A stretch of 63,058 nt of DNA, the filler included, from Rhabdomonas costata (lineage: Eukaryota), in NCBI GenBank assembly GCA_019059605.1. It is 52 parts of 52 records of this genome, joined end to end, with 100 filler letters (N's around TTAATTAATTAA, not from the genome) between each part and the next. Parts side by side here need not be neighbours in the genome. Positions count along the whole stretch, not along the records: positions 13,366 to 14,480 come from JAHMHO010027861.1; positions 14,581 to 15,695 come from JAHMHO010027862.1; positions 15,796 to 16,910 come from JAHMHO010027863.1; positions 17,011 to 18,124 come from JAHMHO010027864.1; positions 18,225 to 19,339 come from JAHMHO010027865.1; positions 19,440 to 20,554 come from JAHMHO010027866.1; positions 20,655 to 21,758 come from JAHMHO010027867.1; positions 21,859 to 22,973 come from JAHMHO010027868.1; 44 more parts are not named here. One strand, 5' to 3'. This document shows, piece by piece, positions 13,527 through 26,744 of this stretch. A program made the translations under genes and the position numbers. Position 1 is the first letter of the stretch. Each line of letters opens with the position of its first letter. The notes beneath the pieces are model-generated. The model ran no database searches, had not been told where the DNA came from, and worked only from the letters and a program-made list of their open reading frames with translations.

Positions 13527-14350
13527 ATCACGTCTATTGAGAGCCTGAATATTACCGACGTCTATGAGCCATTGATGGAGGGCTTGGACTCGCAGAAGAT
13601 CCCTCGTACAGTCAGTGCGGTCACCATTACTCTATCCAAGGAGCCGCTGAACAAGGACGACCCCGGGTACCAGCCTCCGCTTCCCTCTGAAGAGGTGTAC
13701 ACCCAGCATGGGGATTCAATGTAATTTGGAACGACAGGGTGTAGACTTTAACTAATTCAAAGATACTGGTGTAATCTTGAATCCTTGAGTGCATTTTAAA
13801 CTCCTGTGAGGCGAGGGGCGTCGCAGATCTCTCCAAACAAAAGGATTTCAAAGGGCACTCCTTTTGGCCTCATTGTGCTGTTGCATGTCACTGTCTGCCT
13901 GCTGCTCTGGTGAACGCAAAAGAGAAGGGGGAAGGGGACAGAAATGTTGCCCTGAAATGCGCGAACCAGCGTTAAATCCATTGGAGAAGTGGCTGTCCAC
14001 TTTTCTAGCATCTTGCCTTCTCTTTTTGTGTTGAGGGTAGCGCGACATCATGACAATCCCTTTGGTTGAGAGAAGAAGCGGCACGACAGAGCAAAGTATC
14101 GTGGATGAGATTAAAAGAAGCCGCGGGGAGGGCCACCGATAGTGGGGTGCAAGTACGTCCTCATGGTCTTCTGCCTCAATTAAGAAAACAGGAGGAGCAG
14201 AAGCAGAAATGGGAGGGTGCATAGTTGCGTCCCACCTTCTTTCTGTATAGACGATGACGGAGGAGCAGGCCCAAGAGGCTCTGGCCAACATGAATGCCTC
14301 CGCCCCAATCAGCCAGCGCCCTGGAACTGCCGCTGTGGCGGCGGGAGGTG
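13527..14350 (+). CDS. Alba/Rpp25-like nucleic-acid-binding protein, exons 13527-13694 and ~14251-14350
   Basis: ITSIESLNITDVYEPLMEGLD...RTVSAVTITLSKEPLNKDDPGYQPP is the eukaryotic Alba/Rpp25 C-terminal signature; canonical splice sites. Confidence 0.88.
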
Positions 14351-17300
14351 GTACATGTTACAACCATTGTGGGACTACCTTTTCTTTGGTTTTTTTGCCT
14401 CACCGACCTGATCTTGTCCCATCTGATCCCTTTTTGTTCCCTATTTACCCTGCAGCACAGCAAAATTTCCCCCAACCCCCNNNNNNNNNNNNNNNNNNNN
14501 NNNNNNNNNNNNNNNNNNNNNNNNTTAATTAATTAANNNNNNNNNNNNNNNNNNNNNNNNNNNNNNNNNNNNNNNNNNNNGTTGGTGTTTCCTGTCGTTC
14601 TCAATTATTCTGAATGTGATTGCTCACCTTCTTTCAATCAAACGAAGTCCCCGTGGCAGAAAAGTTTTGAGTTCTTAAGGTGTGCTGGGAGAGGGAAGGA
14701 CTGGGACACAAATCTTTACCTAACGACTTGCTTCTTTCGCGATCTGGCTTGTACTGGGGTTGGAAAGGGCGAAGCCAAAGCGGTTTTTCCTTTAACAATG
14801 GGCCTGCCGCTTTGATTCCAAACGGGGTGGGCGGCAAGCCGAAGCATTCTCGACGTTACCCTGCTTGCCTTTTAGGCTCCGTAATTAGCTTTCTTTATGG
14901 CTTCTCATCTTCTCAGCCGTATGGCCAGTGGCAAGTGAGGCGCACTAAAAACAATGAGACCTTTGGGCCACCGCACCCTTGTGGTGACGGTGCTGGCCGT
15001 GGCGGTAGGTTTTCTGGCTGGAGCATACGTGGGCCAGTCCTTTGCACTGGGCAAATCCCAGCTGGACCACCCGCTGGTGGACCCACCCCGAGGTTGGCGT
15101 TGATCCTCTTTCGCCTGGCCGACCTTGCACTTGTCTAGTTGTGTGGAGGTACTGGAGGTACTGGAGTTAGTTTTTCTCCGATTACTGAGAGGGCTTTGGA
15201 TATTTCACGGCATGACAGATGTCCAAACCAGTCGAAAGTTGGGAGTCTTTGAAAAGGGCACACACGGATTGAGAGACAGGTTGCAAAGGTGGCTTTCACA
15301 CCACCCAAGAAAAAGCAGAAAAGTTTGTCTGGGTACCAAACCTGCAGAGTGAAAACGCAGGAATGTCACAACCATTCCTCTTACTCATTTGTGTGCACTT
15401 TACCGTCCGCCTTTCACTTCTTGGACTCTCTGTTAGGCTTGGAGCCTTTCTTATTATGTTATTGTCCCCATTGGCTTTGCAGCAGGCCAAAGTCAATCCA
15501 AACGGCCCATACAGCAGTGTCATGATTTCTCCTGTGTGGCTGGAAACTTCTGTCATAGCACTGAAACGGTGGGATGCAACCTTTTCTTTGGGGAGTATTG
15601 GTTACTCTTGAGACTCACTCGAGCGCCGGTATGCAGTGCTGTGCCATGACTCGCCGTGTGATTCGCTTCGCCGCCGCTCCTCTCACCCCACCCCCNNNNN
15701 NNNNNNNNNNNNNNNNNNNNNNNNNNNNNNNNNNNNNNNTTAATTAATTAANNNNNNNNNNNNNNNNNNNNNNNNNNNNNNNNNNNNNNNNNNNNTTGTG
15801 GGAGAGGGAGAGGAGGAGGGTACTCTGCTGAAGCCCTCCCTCATCGTGGGAAAGGGAGAGGAAGGGCTTACCATGGAGTCCAAGGAGGCGCTTCGGGGAA
15901 GGCAGCGAAGGAGTACCTCATTGTTTTTCGGGGGCACGGTCGTCGCGGTGGGGGAATACAAAGGGTGCAAGCTTGCGCTAGTGAGGTCTACGGAGCTGCT
16001 GCGGGGACGAGTGGACAGACCTGTTTGGGTGGACTGGGCCATTTGAACGCTCGAGGTTTGCGAAGCAGGGTGCAAAACGGAGGGAGACAAGGAACGAGGA
16101 GATAATGTGTGTAACAGTGTCGGGCTGGTAAGTGACGGAAAAAATAAAGAAAACTACTGTATCCCGTATTTTTCACATCTACAAACAGAAGAAAGACCCA
16201 ACCAACACAGTTCCCGTTGCAGGTTCACTGATGAATCAGCGTTGCTGGGACTACTTCAGGACTTGAGGTTCAGAGTGTTAGGGTGCCTTTCCTGCCCTTT
16301 TCTTTCCGGGCAAAGGTCCCATTGAAAGGACGCTGACTTGGGGCGCTCAGGGTTGCCGGCCAGCTTCACCCGAAGATAATGAATGACAGTACCACAGCGT
16401 AGGCCACAAGCGTAGTGAGAGGGGACAGGCACACCCCCGGCACTGGACTGCGGCACCTCAGCGGAGGTGCCGCACAAGAACATGTCCAGCACACGAGAGG
16501 CAAAGAGGAGGCAAAGAGTTTCGGGGGTTGGTTCGTGAAATGGAACCTAACGCTCGGGCCTTAGGCAGAAATGACACACATACACACAGACACACACACA
16601 TAGAGGGAGAAGGAGAGGGAGAGGGAGAGGGAGAGAGGAAGCAGACGTCTACTAAGGAATTGAGCTGGGAGAGACACAGTATCGGGAGAAAACACATGTA
16701 ATAAATCGGCCGCAGAAACCATTGTTAGGAAACTGCGGAAGGGGAGGGAAGGTCAAAAAAGGCTCGTCACCCGAATCCAGCATCAAAAAATATCACAACA
16801 ATCTTACAATGTATCACAAAACAAATCTGTTGTACTCTCGAGATCCCTGTTCTCTGTTCCCCGTACCCTGTGCGGTTGCGACTTTCTCAGTGCTCTGGTT
16901 CACCCCCACCNNNNNNNNNNNNNNNNNNNNNNNNNNNNNNNNNNNNNNNNNNNNTTAATTAATTAANNNNNNNNNNNNNNNNNNNNNNNNNNNNNNNNNN
17001 NNNNNNNNNNGGGTTGGGGGGGGGCCGACCCAGCCCGAGATTGCGCACGGAGTGCCCGGCGAGGCTGAGACCCACGCAGGCCACCCCGGGCCCGAGGCTG
17101 GACTGCAGCGTGGCGAGGAATTCGGAGTAGAACTCAACGATGCCTTTTTGAGAGAAGAGAACGAATGGATGTTCTGCGCTGAAAAGGGGCAAACCTGCGA
17201 TCAATGTCAGGAAATCCTGTGCGAAAAAAAGCGGTGAGAGACTCCAGGAAATGCAACACAACCACCCAGCACCGGTCCAAAACAGCGGTGAAGGCACTGA

Positions 17301-19768
17301 TAGTTAATTTTACACAAGACAAACACAGATCGGACTGGTTGAAACGTTTTCAGCGCCGAATGCCGAATGGAAGGAGATAGGGTTTGTGTGATTGCGCTTT
17401 TGTTGACTGTTGACAGAAAGAGGTGAAGCTTCAGTCATCTTCCCAGCCCTGCATTTGGGGACCCCCAAGCGGCTTTCCGTATGACGAAGAGAGGGTGTCT
17501 GTGTGTAAGTGAGGGTAAAAGGGATATACTCTCTGCTGAGCCGCCAAGTGGAGTGATTGCCCCAACCGGGCGGGGAGAGAGAGCAGACTCACGCAGAAAC
17601 CTGGGCTTCCGGGAATGAACACGAACACAAATCGAATGTTTCCATCCGGGCCACCGAAGACAAGGTCCTGCAAAACCAAGGAAATAGTTGCGCTAAAAAT
17701 GATCCTTTTTTTTGTCATTTTTCACATTTTGGGAGACCTAATTGCAGGAGGGGGGGGGTCCTTGCACTTGTTCCCGAATACAAGTCTTCGGTTACGCAGG
17801 TGGTTTGGGGGGCGATGCAGGTGAAAAGGAGAGAGATGTGCGCGGGGTCTTTGGGATTATTTCGATGCTTATTCCGCCGCCGGCTTTCCGAAACCGCAGG
17901 AGCTGTTGGCTTTTCACCGATTCAGACAAGGGTTTCGAGCAGTTCGACACATAGGGCTAAAAAAAGAGCAACAAACAGCAAACAGCACAAAGAGCAACAG
18001 CACATTACCGGGGGAAACTGCAAAACCTCGGCCAGCACCCCGTTCACGTTTCTTATGGTGAGGGAGGGATCGACGCCCCCGGCATTGCAAGGAGTGCCTG
18101 GAGTGCTGGCGGACATCGCCATCTNNNNNNNNNNNNNNNNNNNNNNNNNNNNNNNNNNNNNNNNNNNNTTAATTAATTAANNNNNNNNNNNNNNNNNNNN
18201 NNNNNNNNNNNNNNNNNNNNNNNNTGTTTTGGTGTAAAGTTTCGCGTCGGGGTACAAAACGTTTTTTTTGAGGCCTTAGGTGTCACCTGTCTTTCTCTCA
18301 TTTGGGTTCAAGGTGGGGTTGGGGTTCGGGGTTGGAGTTTGTGTCTTCGGTCTTTGCCTTCGGTCTTTGTGCCTTCGGGTTCCCTCTTCGGAGGTTGGGT
18401 TCGGCATTCGGTCTTCGGTCTCGGTTTCGAGGAAGTCCTTCGGGATCTTCATTCTGGAATAGGACCAATGCTTACGGCCAAGGCTGCAACGCTACCGTAA
18501 AATGCAGGGGAACGCAAGGGATCTAAGGTACCAAGGAATATGTCCGCCACGCTGTCATTGACCCGAAATTGTTGTATGTGTCGCGAAAAGTGACCAGGGT
18601 AGGTATACGGTACGGTACCACTAAGGGTTGGTGAGTGGGTAGGAGTAACGCCACCACCGCCGGACACCACCACCGGATGAAGTAGGGAACAACACATCCT
18701 ACGTTAGGCTAACCACTCCTTCTATATGAGGTGCTACCTTAGGACATGCCACACCACCACCTCCACCACTCAGTGAAGGGATAAAAACAGGTTACAACAC
18801 CATGGCGTACCACACTGGTGCTGGTGACATTCACCCGTCGCCTATCCCAACACCTGCTTCGAGTGCACATGGCTACACTGTAACTGAGCCCCTACGTTGA
18901 TGTAGGCGCGTATCTACTACGGTGTTGTGTCTCTGGATACATGGGGTCATGAACGTGTGACAACCTGTGAGGTACGCCCATGACTCGCCCCATGCCAACT
19001 TAGCCTCACCTCAGCACCTGCACTTGAACAACCTGTGGCGTTCATGCATAGCCTCAGCAACTGTTACCAGCGGCCTTCCACTAAGTACTCCACATTTCAT
19101 TTCCTTGTTTCATACGTGGGATCTCAGCTTGTCGTGCGTACTGGTGTTGGTGTCGTGTCCCGGGTAGCTGTTGTGGATAGCTTCTTCTTGCATGGTCACA
19201 CAGTCCCCATAGGTCTCCTTCCAATCACCTCCACTCCGCTCGACGAAAGACACCGTACCCCAATGAAGCCCTTGACCACCAGGAAGCACCCACCTTGACC
19301 CTCCGAACCCTCACCCTCGAAGGCCAACACCCCAACACANNNNNNNNNNNNNNNNNNNNNNNNNNNNNNNNNNNNNNNNNNNNTTAATTAATTAANNNNN
19401 NNNNNNNNNNNNNNNNNNNNNNNNNNNNNNNNNNNNNNNACAACACGTTCTGAAGGACGCCACAACCAAACGCAAGCCATGGTTGGGTTCAAAGAATCAA
19501 CTTTCAGGTTTCCATGACACATTAAAACGATGTCATACACCACAGATGGTTGCACACAGACCACAACTGGTTTCAAGACGAACACGCGGACACACTAAAA
19601 AGTCGCACCTTCCCCGCGCACTGATCGCAATGTTCGCTTTCCACTTGGATTCGAGATCGAGCCCAGCAAAACCTTTTCAGGCACATTGACATTCCAGATA
19701 CCAGGGCCCGTGAGGGACGGAATCAAGAGAGGAAAAAAGGAAAGAAGACAGAGGGAAGCGCGTCCCAC

Positions 19769-20545
19769 CTCCAGGCATCCCTCAAGGCCGATCCACAGCC
19801 CCAGCTCATCCGTGACAAAGCGGGAGAGGACGTCCGCGTCTACACCCCCTTTGTAGGCCACGGGGGTGCTGGTACCCCTGCGTAAAGCAACCCCATCCAG
19901 AGAGAGACAATCTCTCACAAAGCGCACAATTAACAGCAACAGGGGGGGGGGGCTGTCAGAAAACTTTAAATCGCATTGAACCCGAACGGGTTGCCAACAC
20001 CTTTTGAAGATCCGGAAAGCCGGAAACTCCGAGTTCTTCACCCCGTACTGGTCTGCGAGGTCCTGGTTGACCTTGTCGCCGTAGTCCTCGACCCCGACGA
20101 AGCCGAGCAGGAAGCTGCGATGAGCGGCCATTCCGCTGAGATTGGCGACGCGATGAGTGAACCGGGCCCACTCCGTCTCGTTCTCGCCGTAGGGATAGGC
20201 CACGTCGAACTTCACCAAGAGGTCCAAGCAACCGCAAGCTGCGAATGGACACAGTCAGCAACACCACATTCACCCGGGAAAAACCAAATTGCGATCTGCA
20301 GGATTTGGTATGCACAAAACTTCAGGTGTTTGTTGAGGCACTGGGCCGGTATCTGCTCGTTAGCTCGTTCTGTGATGTACTCCGTTTCCGGGGGGTCGGA
20401 CTGTGACTCTACCCTTCATCAGGTGGGTGCTGTCCCGCACGGCTTTCACGTCGACTCCCCTGATGGGAGTCCCCGGACTCGCGGCACCCCCATGGATGGG
20501 TCCGCTGTTACTCTCACGGGCGGGTCTGTTCTTTCTTGACGGCTC
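19769..20545 (-). CDS. ERP29: ERp29-like ER chaperone, three exons (~20545-20413, 20238-20001, 19877-19769)
   Basis: LLVKFDVAYPYGE...VGVEDYGDKVNQDLADQYGV...FPAFRIF...LWIGLEGCL matches the ERp29 N-domain; both GT-AG introns are phase-consistent; GCTGAC branch site. Confidence 0.88.
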
Positions 20546-20951
20546 AAACAACCCNNNNNNNNNNNNNNNNNNNNNNNNNNNNNNNNNNNNNNNNNNNNTT
20601 AATTAATTAANNNNNNNNNNNNNNNNNNNNNNNNNNNNNNNNNNNNNNNNNNNNCGGGTTGTGTATCCACCTCTGATCTCGCCACTGAACCCAAACAAGT
20701 CTCATTCGAGGCCCTTTCGAGCCAGTTTCAACCAGTTTCAACCAGTTCAAATAGTTAATTTGCTGTTAAAAAGTGTTGGTTTTCAGTGCCCGGTGAGTGT
20801 GAAGGTCTGTATAAAGGTCTCAAAGGTCCATATTTTCATTAGCGGAAGAGTAAGGCTGACTTGACGCGAGACATTTTTGGTGAATACCGGGAAGCTAGCC
20901 GCCTTCCACGTTCTCGATTTCTCGGCAACGGTTTTCTTGTTTTGTCAACAG

Positions 20952-21100
20952 CTGTGGCTCTTGAACTTGGAGAAAACATTACTGATGAGGAGCTTCAAGA
21001 GATGATCCGGGAGGCTGATGTGCTGGACTATGATGGGGCCATTTCAAAGGAAGAGTTTTTCCGTGTGATGAAGAGGGAGAACGCTCTGGTCTCAGGGTAG
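20952..21100 (+). CDS. Centrin/caltractin terminal exon
   Basis: [36 protein letters not shown] is a centrin EF-hand 4 pattern; caacag acceptor. Confidence 0.88.
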
Positions 21101-23099
21101 TGGTCAACCTCTGAGGACCTCATGGAAGCTGGTCCATGTCGGCTGTACGTGACTGTACATCATTTCTGTGTGTTGTTGACTGCATGTCCCGCTTTGTTTT
21201 GCAACGGATTGCGACGCTTTCTGTTGTGAAAGTGCTGTAATTTTTGAACCCAGTTAACATTGGCAGCCTATGGCACACCTACACGCCGATTCGTGGCATT
21301 TTGAAGGGTCCTTTTTTGTACCCCTTTGTCATTTCTCAACACAGCCGCATTTTCAAGGGCACTCTTCAGACCTTTATAGGCGCACAGTGAGCCCAACCTT
21401 TCGGGGGCTACGTATCACATGCGCAAAAACCCACGAATAATGCAAGCGGCACCGAAATGGCACCGAATGCGTTAGTGTGCGGGGACCACTTTTCGAAGGC
21501 GCTTTTCGATAGTTTTTGGTCTTGCCGGATTGATAAAGATGGAAAGGTTCGCGTTTGGGATTCCTGGGAGTAGGTGGGCGGTAGATGGGACAGCTGAGTT
21601 AAAGTGCTCATGCCGCAGTTTGGACGAGGGGTGAAACGTGGTTTTCACCGGACCACTACACTGACTTTGGCCGCAAAGGAATTACAAAACCTCAGGAAAA
21701 ACTGCGGCATGAGCACTTTAACTCAGCTGTCCCATCTACCGCCCACCTACCCCCACACNNNNNNNNNNNNNNNNNNNNNNNNNNNNNNNNNNNNNNNNNN
21801 NNTTAATTAATTAANNNNNNNNNNNNNNNNNNNNNNNNNNNNNNNNNNNNNNNNNNNNTGTGTTGGGTGGGTTTGTGTTTTCAGCATATTGATCATTGGA
21901 GGCTATCTGGGAGGCACCTCCCCAACGACGTGGGCCCTGGCAAGACTGGATCCGGGCGAGTCTCAAGTGTCCCTGTGGGGCACAGGTATGCATCACTGTC
22001 GACGCCCCGTGGTAACTCCACCTTTCTCGACCTTCTGCAATGAACATTTCTTTTTTTTTTCATCCAAACGGTGTGTGCACCCGTTTCACTTCTCTCGCTG
22101 CTGCTGCCCAGATTGTTGGCATCCTCACATGCATAGAGTCTGTCTCGGATGCCCGCACTTCCTTGCCCTGTTCGCGTGAATTTGTGTTCCTGCTGCGGCG
22201 TAAATATGCTCCTTTTACATCTAGAACGCGGTTTATGGAGAACGCGGTCTAACCTGACTGGAGGTTTCGCACCCTTGGACCGCAATCATGCCGCATAGTG
22301 AGTTAACTTCCTTGGTGGGCAGCCTTCAACAGTGTCACCTCCACCTCCACTATCACCATCTTCGTCCTCGAGAACTTTGTAGCAGCGAACGGATGGTGTA
22401 CCGGTGGGGTGGGGTTCCAGGTCGACTTCCGTGCACCGTCTCGGGCTACCATTGCACCGCCGCAGCGGTACTGGAGGCCTTTGAGAATTCTGTCCTGGTC
22501 GGGGTGAACCTGGAGAGCCCAAACCCCAACTACGGAGCTGCAGGTTGGGAGAGGGACTGAAGTGAGTCTCGGCCTGGATAGGACCTGAGGACCTGATACG
22601 GGATGCTTGGAGGCATGATTGCGGGAATTGAGGGAGACCTGTAAAGAGAAAACGCGAGACTACCCGATCTGTGGCTGCATTGGAGCTCCCTTGAAGAATA
22701 CGAAGAGGTAGGAGGAATGAGATCGTTTTATTGGGAAGCGGGGAACCCAAAACCCCCTGTTCATCATGGAAACGCGCCTGTGTCCTGTCACCGTTGCGCG
22801 CGAAAACCCACAACTCAAGCTTGTTTTACGCCCTTCTAGGAGACTACAACTTTTTTCCAATCAGGAGAAAGGGAACGGTTGTTGTCCAAGTGTGTGTGGG
22901 CGATCATTTTATTTAGAAAAATATGTTGAAGGCAGAGCGACTTCAACAAGCCCGGGGCACACTTGGACAACAANNNNNNNNNNNNNNNNNNNNNNNNNNN
23001 NNNNNNNNNNNNNNNNNTTAATTAATTAANNNNNNNNNNNNNNNNNNNNNNNNNNNNNNNNNNNNNNNNNNNNGTGGTGGGTGTGTTTGGTTGGGTGGG

Positions 23100-23468
23100 G
23101 TTCCCGCAATACCTTGGGGGAGTCCTGGGGCAATTCTCCAGCCCGGCAGAGGTCAAATTTGCTGCCCTGGTGGTGGAGCTGGTGGGTCAGCTCATGGCTC
23201 AGAACGGTCTTTGCACTTCCGCTTTTTAGGTCGATGAAGATATGGGGCATAGCGTAGAATCAGATCTCTAGATGAGCGCGTTCACAATACCCCGCCCGTC
23301 ATCTCCAGGCATGACGGTCGATATTTGGAGGTCCGCTTTGTATTGGCGGCAGTCGTCGTCCGATATACGAATGTGGGCGCGTGCCCACCCAACTACCCTA
23401 CTCCTGTAGTCACCGCACCATTTCGCGTCTGAATCTTCTTGCCTTCTGTAGGACATGCCGTGTGCCAT
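23100..23468 (-). pseudogene. Disrupted zincin-like (HExxH) fragment
   Basis: IFIDLKSGSAKTVLSHELTHQL motif; separated from the upstream ORF by stops and a frame change near 23260. Confidence 0.35.
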
Positions 23469-23709
23469 CTCAGAATGTAGAAGTGATTAGTTGGCAACTG
23501 AGAAGAAAAACCGCCCCCTGTCCCTGATCCTTTCATGGCGAATCCAATTTTCTTTTTCGGCGATTGTTAGTTCAAGCTAGAAATTTCGGCGCCCACTGAC
23601 CAAGACGCAGCACTCATCTGGATTCAGTCGACTGGGTTTTTCTTCGGCTGGTTCCGCCTCTTCGGTGGTTGGCGCCTCACTTCCGCTACGCTGTACCCCT
23701 TCCCCATAG

Positions 23710-23844
23710 CCACGAACCAGGTCCTGCTGGCGGAGATGGGCCTGCAGACCCACCTCGCGGCGCTGCTGCTGCACAGCTCCGGCTCGGTCGCTACCCTGCC
23801 CGTGCTGCACGCCACCTCCCGCGCCCTCGCCGTGGTCACCGAAG
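23710..23844 (+). CDS. Helical (ARM-like) repeat exon
   Basis: ccccatag acceptor, NQVLLAEMGLQTHLAALL...HATSRALAVVTE, gaag|gtagct donor. Confidence 0.45.
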
Positions 23845-24287
23845 GTAGCTGGGGGAGGGACGTTCCCCTTTCCCTCGTATCCTACTGTAAATTGTATAAG
23901 TATAAGTCTTTTCATCAGAGTTATGGAAAGGGCGTGGCTCCCCTCGTCATGCACAGCGTTGGTGAGAGTGCCGTGGGCATTTCTTTGAGCGGCAGTCGCG
24001 TGTGTTCATGGCCGTGCCATATGCTGGACGTGAAGATCAAGCCGTCATGTCCACCATGGCTCTCAATGGCTCTCGAGCTGTGATCCTGATTTTTCTTAGC
24101 TTAGAGAGTGCGGTACCAACTTGCGATGTCCAACGCCAGGAATCAAAATTGCCACGGACCCCTTCCTCCTCCCCAACCACCCAACAANNNNNNNNNNNNN
24201 NNNNNNNNNNNNNNNNNNNNNNNNNNNNNNNTTAATTAATTAANNNNNNNNNNNNNNNNNNNNNNNNNNNNNNNNNNNNNNNNNNNN

Positions 24288-24297
24288 CTTCCGATCT
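24288..24297 (+). other. Illumina adapter remnant
   Basis: Contig starts CTTCCGATCT (3' end of Illumina adapter) directly followed by G/T-only primer-like bases. Confidence 0.8.
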
Positions 24298-24822
24298 TGT
24301 GTTTGTTTTGTGGGTTATCTTTTTGGTGTAGTCATTCGAGCCGGCAGCGGGCATATTTCGAATCTGGTGCAAAGCAATGGTTGCCCGAAATGGTCAGGTA
24401 CTTTTGGCGCCTTATTTCTGGATTAAGATCCTGAGGAGTGTGTGGGAGGGTACGAGGGAGGGAGGCTTTGTTTTTGTTGGAGAGTGGGAATGATAAACAT
24501 CGGCAACAGCCCCATCTTAACCCAAGTGAACAATCCCATTCTCCATTGGCAAAGGGCTGATCAGGCCATCCCCCCCTAGCAACAACGGGATAACGCCCAT
24601 TTAATGGAAAGCAGAGTCTCCAGTCTGTGCGTGTGGGAGGAGTTCCCTCAAGGATTCTGGGCCTACATTATATCTGTACTGGAAAAGTGATGCCGATTCG
24701 GATCGACCCCTTGGGGGTCCAGTGTGTACCCGTTATCAACCCCCGTCGCCTTAATACCGCTGTGATACAGAACATGTTGGGAGGTGGTTGGGATTCTCCT
24801 CAGTATGCTTTGTTTTTCCCAG

Positions 24823-25395
24823 GGTGATGGAAGTCGCCCTGCGAAGGCAGCGACATCAAGCTCGGAGCCGGTAAGTGCTGCGCTGTTCTTCTCCCTTTCT
24901 TTGGTGGGGTCACGGTCTGTGATTCTCGACCATTTTTGCAGGATGCCCAGCGTTCCGGACATTTCAGGTACTCGACCCACAGTTTGACACCGGTTGTGGT
25001 GCACTGCGTCCCATGTGATGGTGTCGAACCTCTGACCCTGGGCGAAACAAGTGCTCCCGTTGGGAAGGTGTGTCATTGTCTTCGGTCATTTTCTTGCTTC
25101 TTTTTTTGACATCTCCCGGTTCTGTGTTTGTGAGTTTAGTCACCTCAGTGTCTTCAATTGTTTTCCGCAGATTCCCAAGAGAAAGCACGTAATTATCATT
25201 TCGGGTATTGCCCTGGTTTTGGTCATCGTGGGGGTTGCGCTTGCTCCAGTCCTGATATATTCAAAAAAGGAAGGGAGGCATCAATCTTCCTTTCAAAATG
25301 GAAAGAACACGCCGACCCTCACCATCACAACCTCTTCAACCCCAACTGCAACCACCACGGCTTCTCCAACGACCTCCCCCAGCGCCAGTCCCACC
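24823..25395 (+). CDS. Type II membrane protein with Ser/Thr/Pro stalk, three exons
   Basis: Phase-0 GT-AG chain (24823-24870, ~24942-25067, 25171->); KRKH + hydrophobic helix + TPTLTITTSSTPTATTTASP. Confidence 0.55.
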
Positions 25396-26744
25396 AAAAA
25401 ACNNNNNNNNNNNNNNNNNNNNNNNNNNNNNNNNNNNNNNNNNNNNTTAATTAATTAANNNNNNNNNNNNNNNNNNNNNNNNNNNNNNNNNNNNNNNNNN
25501 NNTTGGGTAACGAGTATGACACGCTTCCGAAACCTTGGGCTTGGGGCTGTTGGCTTGTAATGCGGTGGGTGGTGCGTTGAGTTCGGCGGATAATGTGGGG
25601 TGGTGGGCTATGCGTTCCTTGGGTTAGTGCTGTTTGTTGCCTTCCTTGTCCCGCTTTTCCTCTCCGTTTCTCGATTGCATGGTTCATGGTGTGGGTGTTC
25701 ATGTGTGCGTGTCCTACTCCTGGTGCGTGTGAAAGGTCCCTTACTATCCGGCTTTGCATTCTCAAGTTCCAATCGGACCGCTTGGCATCACCGTTACCCA
25801 GTTGTGTGTAAATTCGGTTGTTTGGTTTGGTTAAGGTTCCGTGTGTTCGCGTGTGGGTGTGGGGGTTGATATGGAGTTGATGGTGTTGGCCTTTAATTTG
25901 TATGCGTGTGTTGTATAGGTATAGGTGCAGGGTATGGTGTCTGCTGTTGGGTTATGTTGTAGCGTTGGCTGTAGCGTCGGTGTTGGCCGTAGGAATAAGG
26001 GCAGGTGTTGGTGTCGGAGTCTGTGTCGTGGTTGTTGGGTCGTATGGTGTCGTCAACCATGCCGTCTCTGTGTCAACACTGCCATCTCTGTGTCCTTGGT
26101 TCCTGTTATGTTGCGTTGGGTGTGTGGTTCTCTCTGTAGCGTTGGGTTAGTGGTTGGTGCTACGGGTGATGTGGTTGTTGGTTCGGAGCGGAGAGTAGAG
26201 TTGGCAAAACCGACAGCGTGCTAACAGGTGCAACGGGACCGAACTGCAATACGCAGCAGCTGAAGCAAAGAAGCACAAAAGGGCCGAATCTAAGATAGGG
26301 AGGCTTCTAAGAGAGGCGCGCTGGCAGAAGAATGAAACAGGCGCACGGAGGCGCAGGGAAGAGCAGATAGAGCACAATAGAGGGTGCTTGTTGGGAGAAA
26401 AAAAGAAAGGAGTGGAGGACGCAGGTCTCGTGCCAAGACGCGGGCGGCGAGAAAAGGCCAAATCCCACCACAGAAACGCACGTGGAGAACACACACATAA
26501 TCCGGAAAGACGAATACCACAAAAACAGGCACGCCAGGAGGGTATAACAGCTTTTACAAGGGGGGCTCACGCCCGAAAACAATGCGCAAGGCGGCCGTGG
26601 GTAAAAACAAAAACACANNNNNNNNNNNNNNNNNNNNNNNNNNNNNNNNNNNNNNNNNNNNTTAATTAATTAANNNNNNNNNNNNNNNNNNNNNNNNNNN
26701 NNNNNNNNNNNNNNNNNGTGGTGGGTGTGTGTGGGGTGGTGGTG

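Noticed and set aside
21569-21750. 52-bp inverted repeat giving twin MSTLTQLSHLPPTY ORFs
   Set aside because: Perfect, ends at the contig edge; same fold-back pattern.
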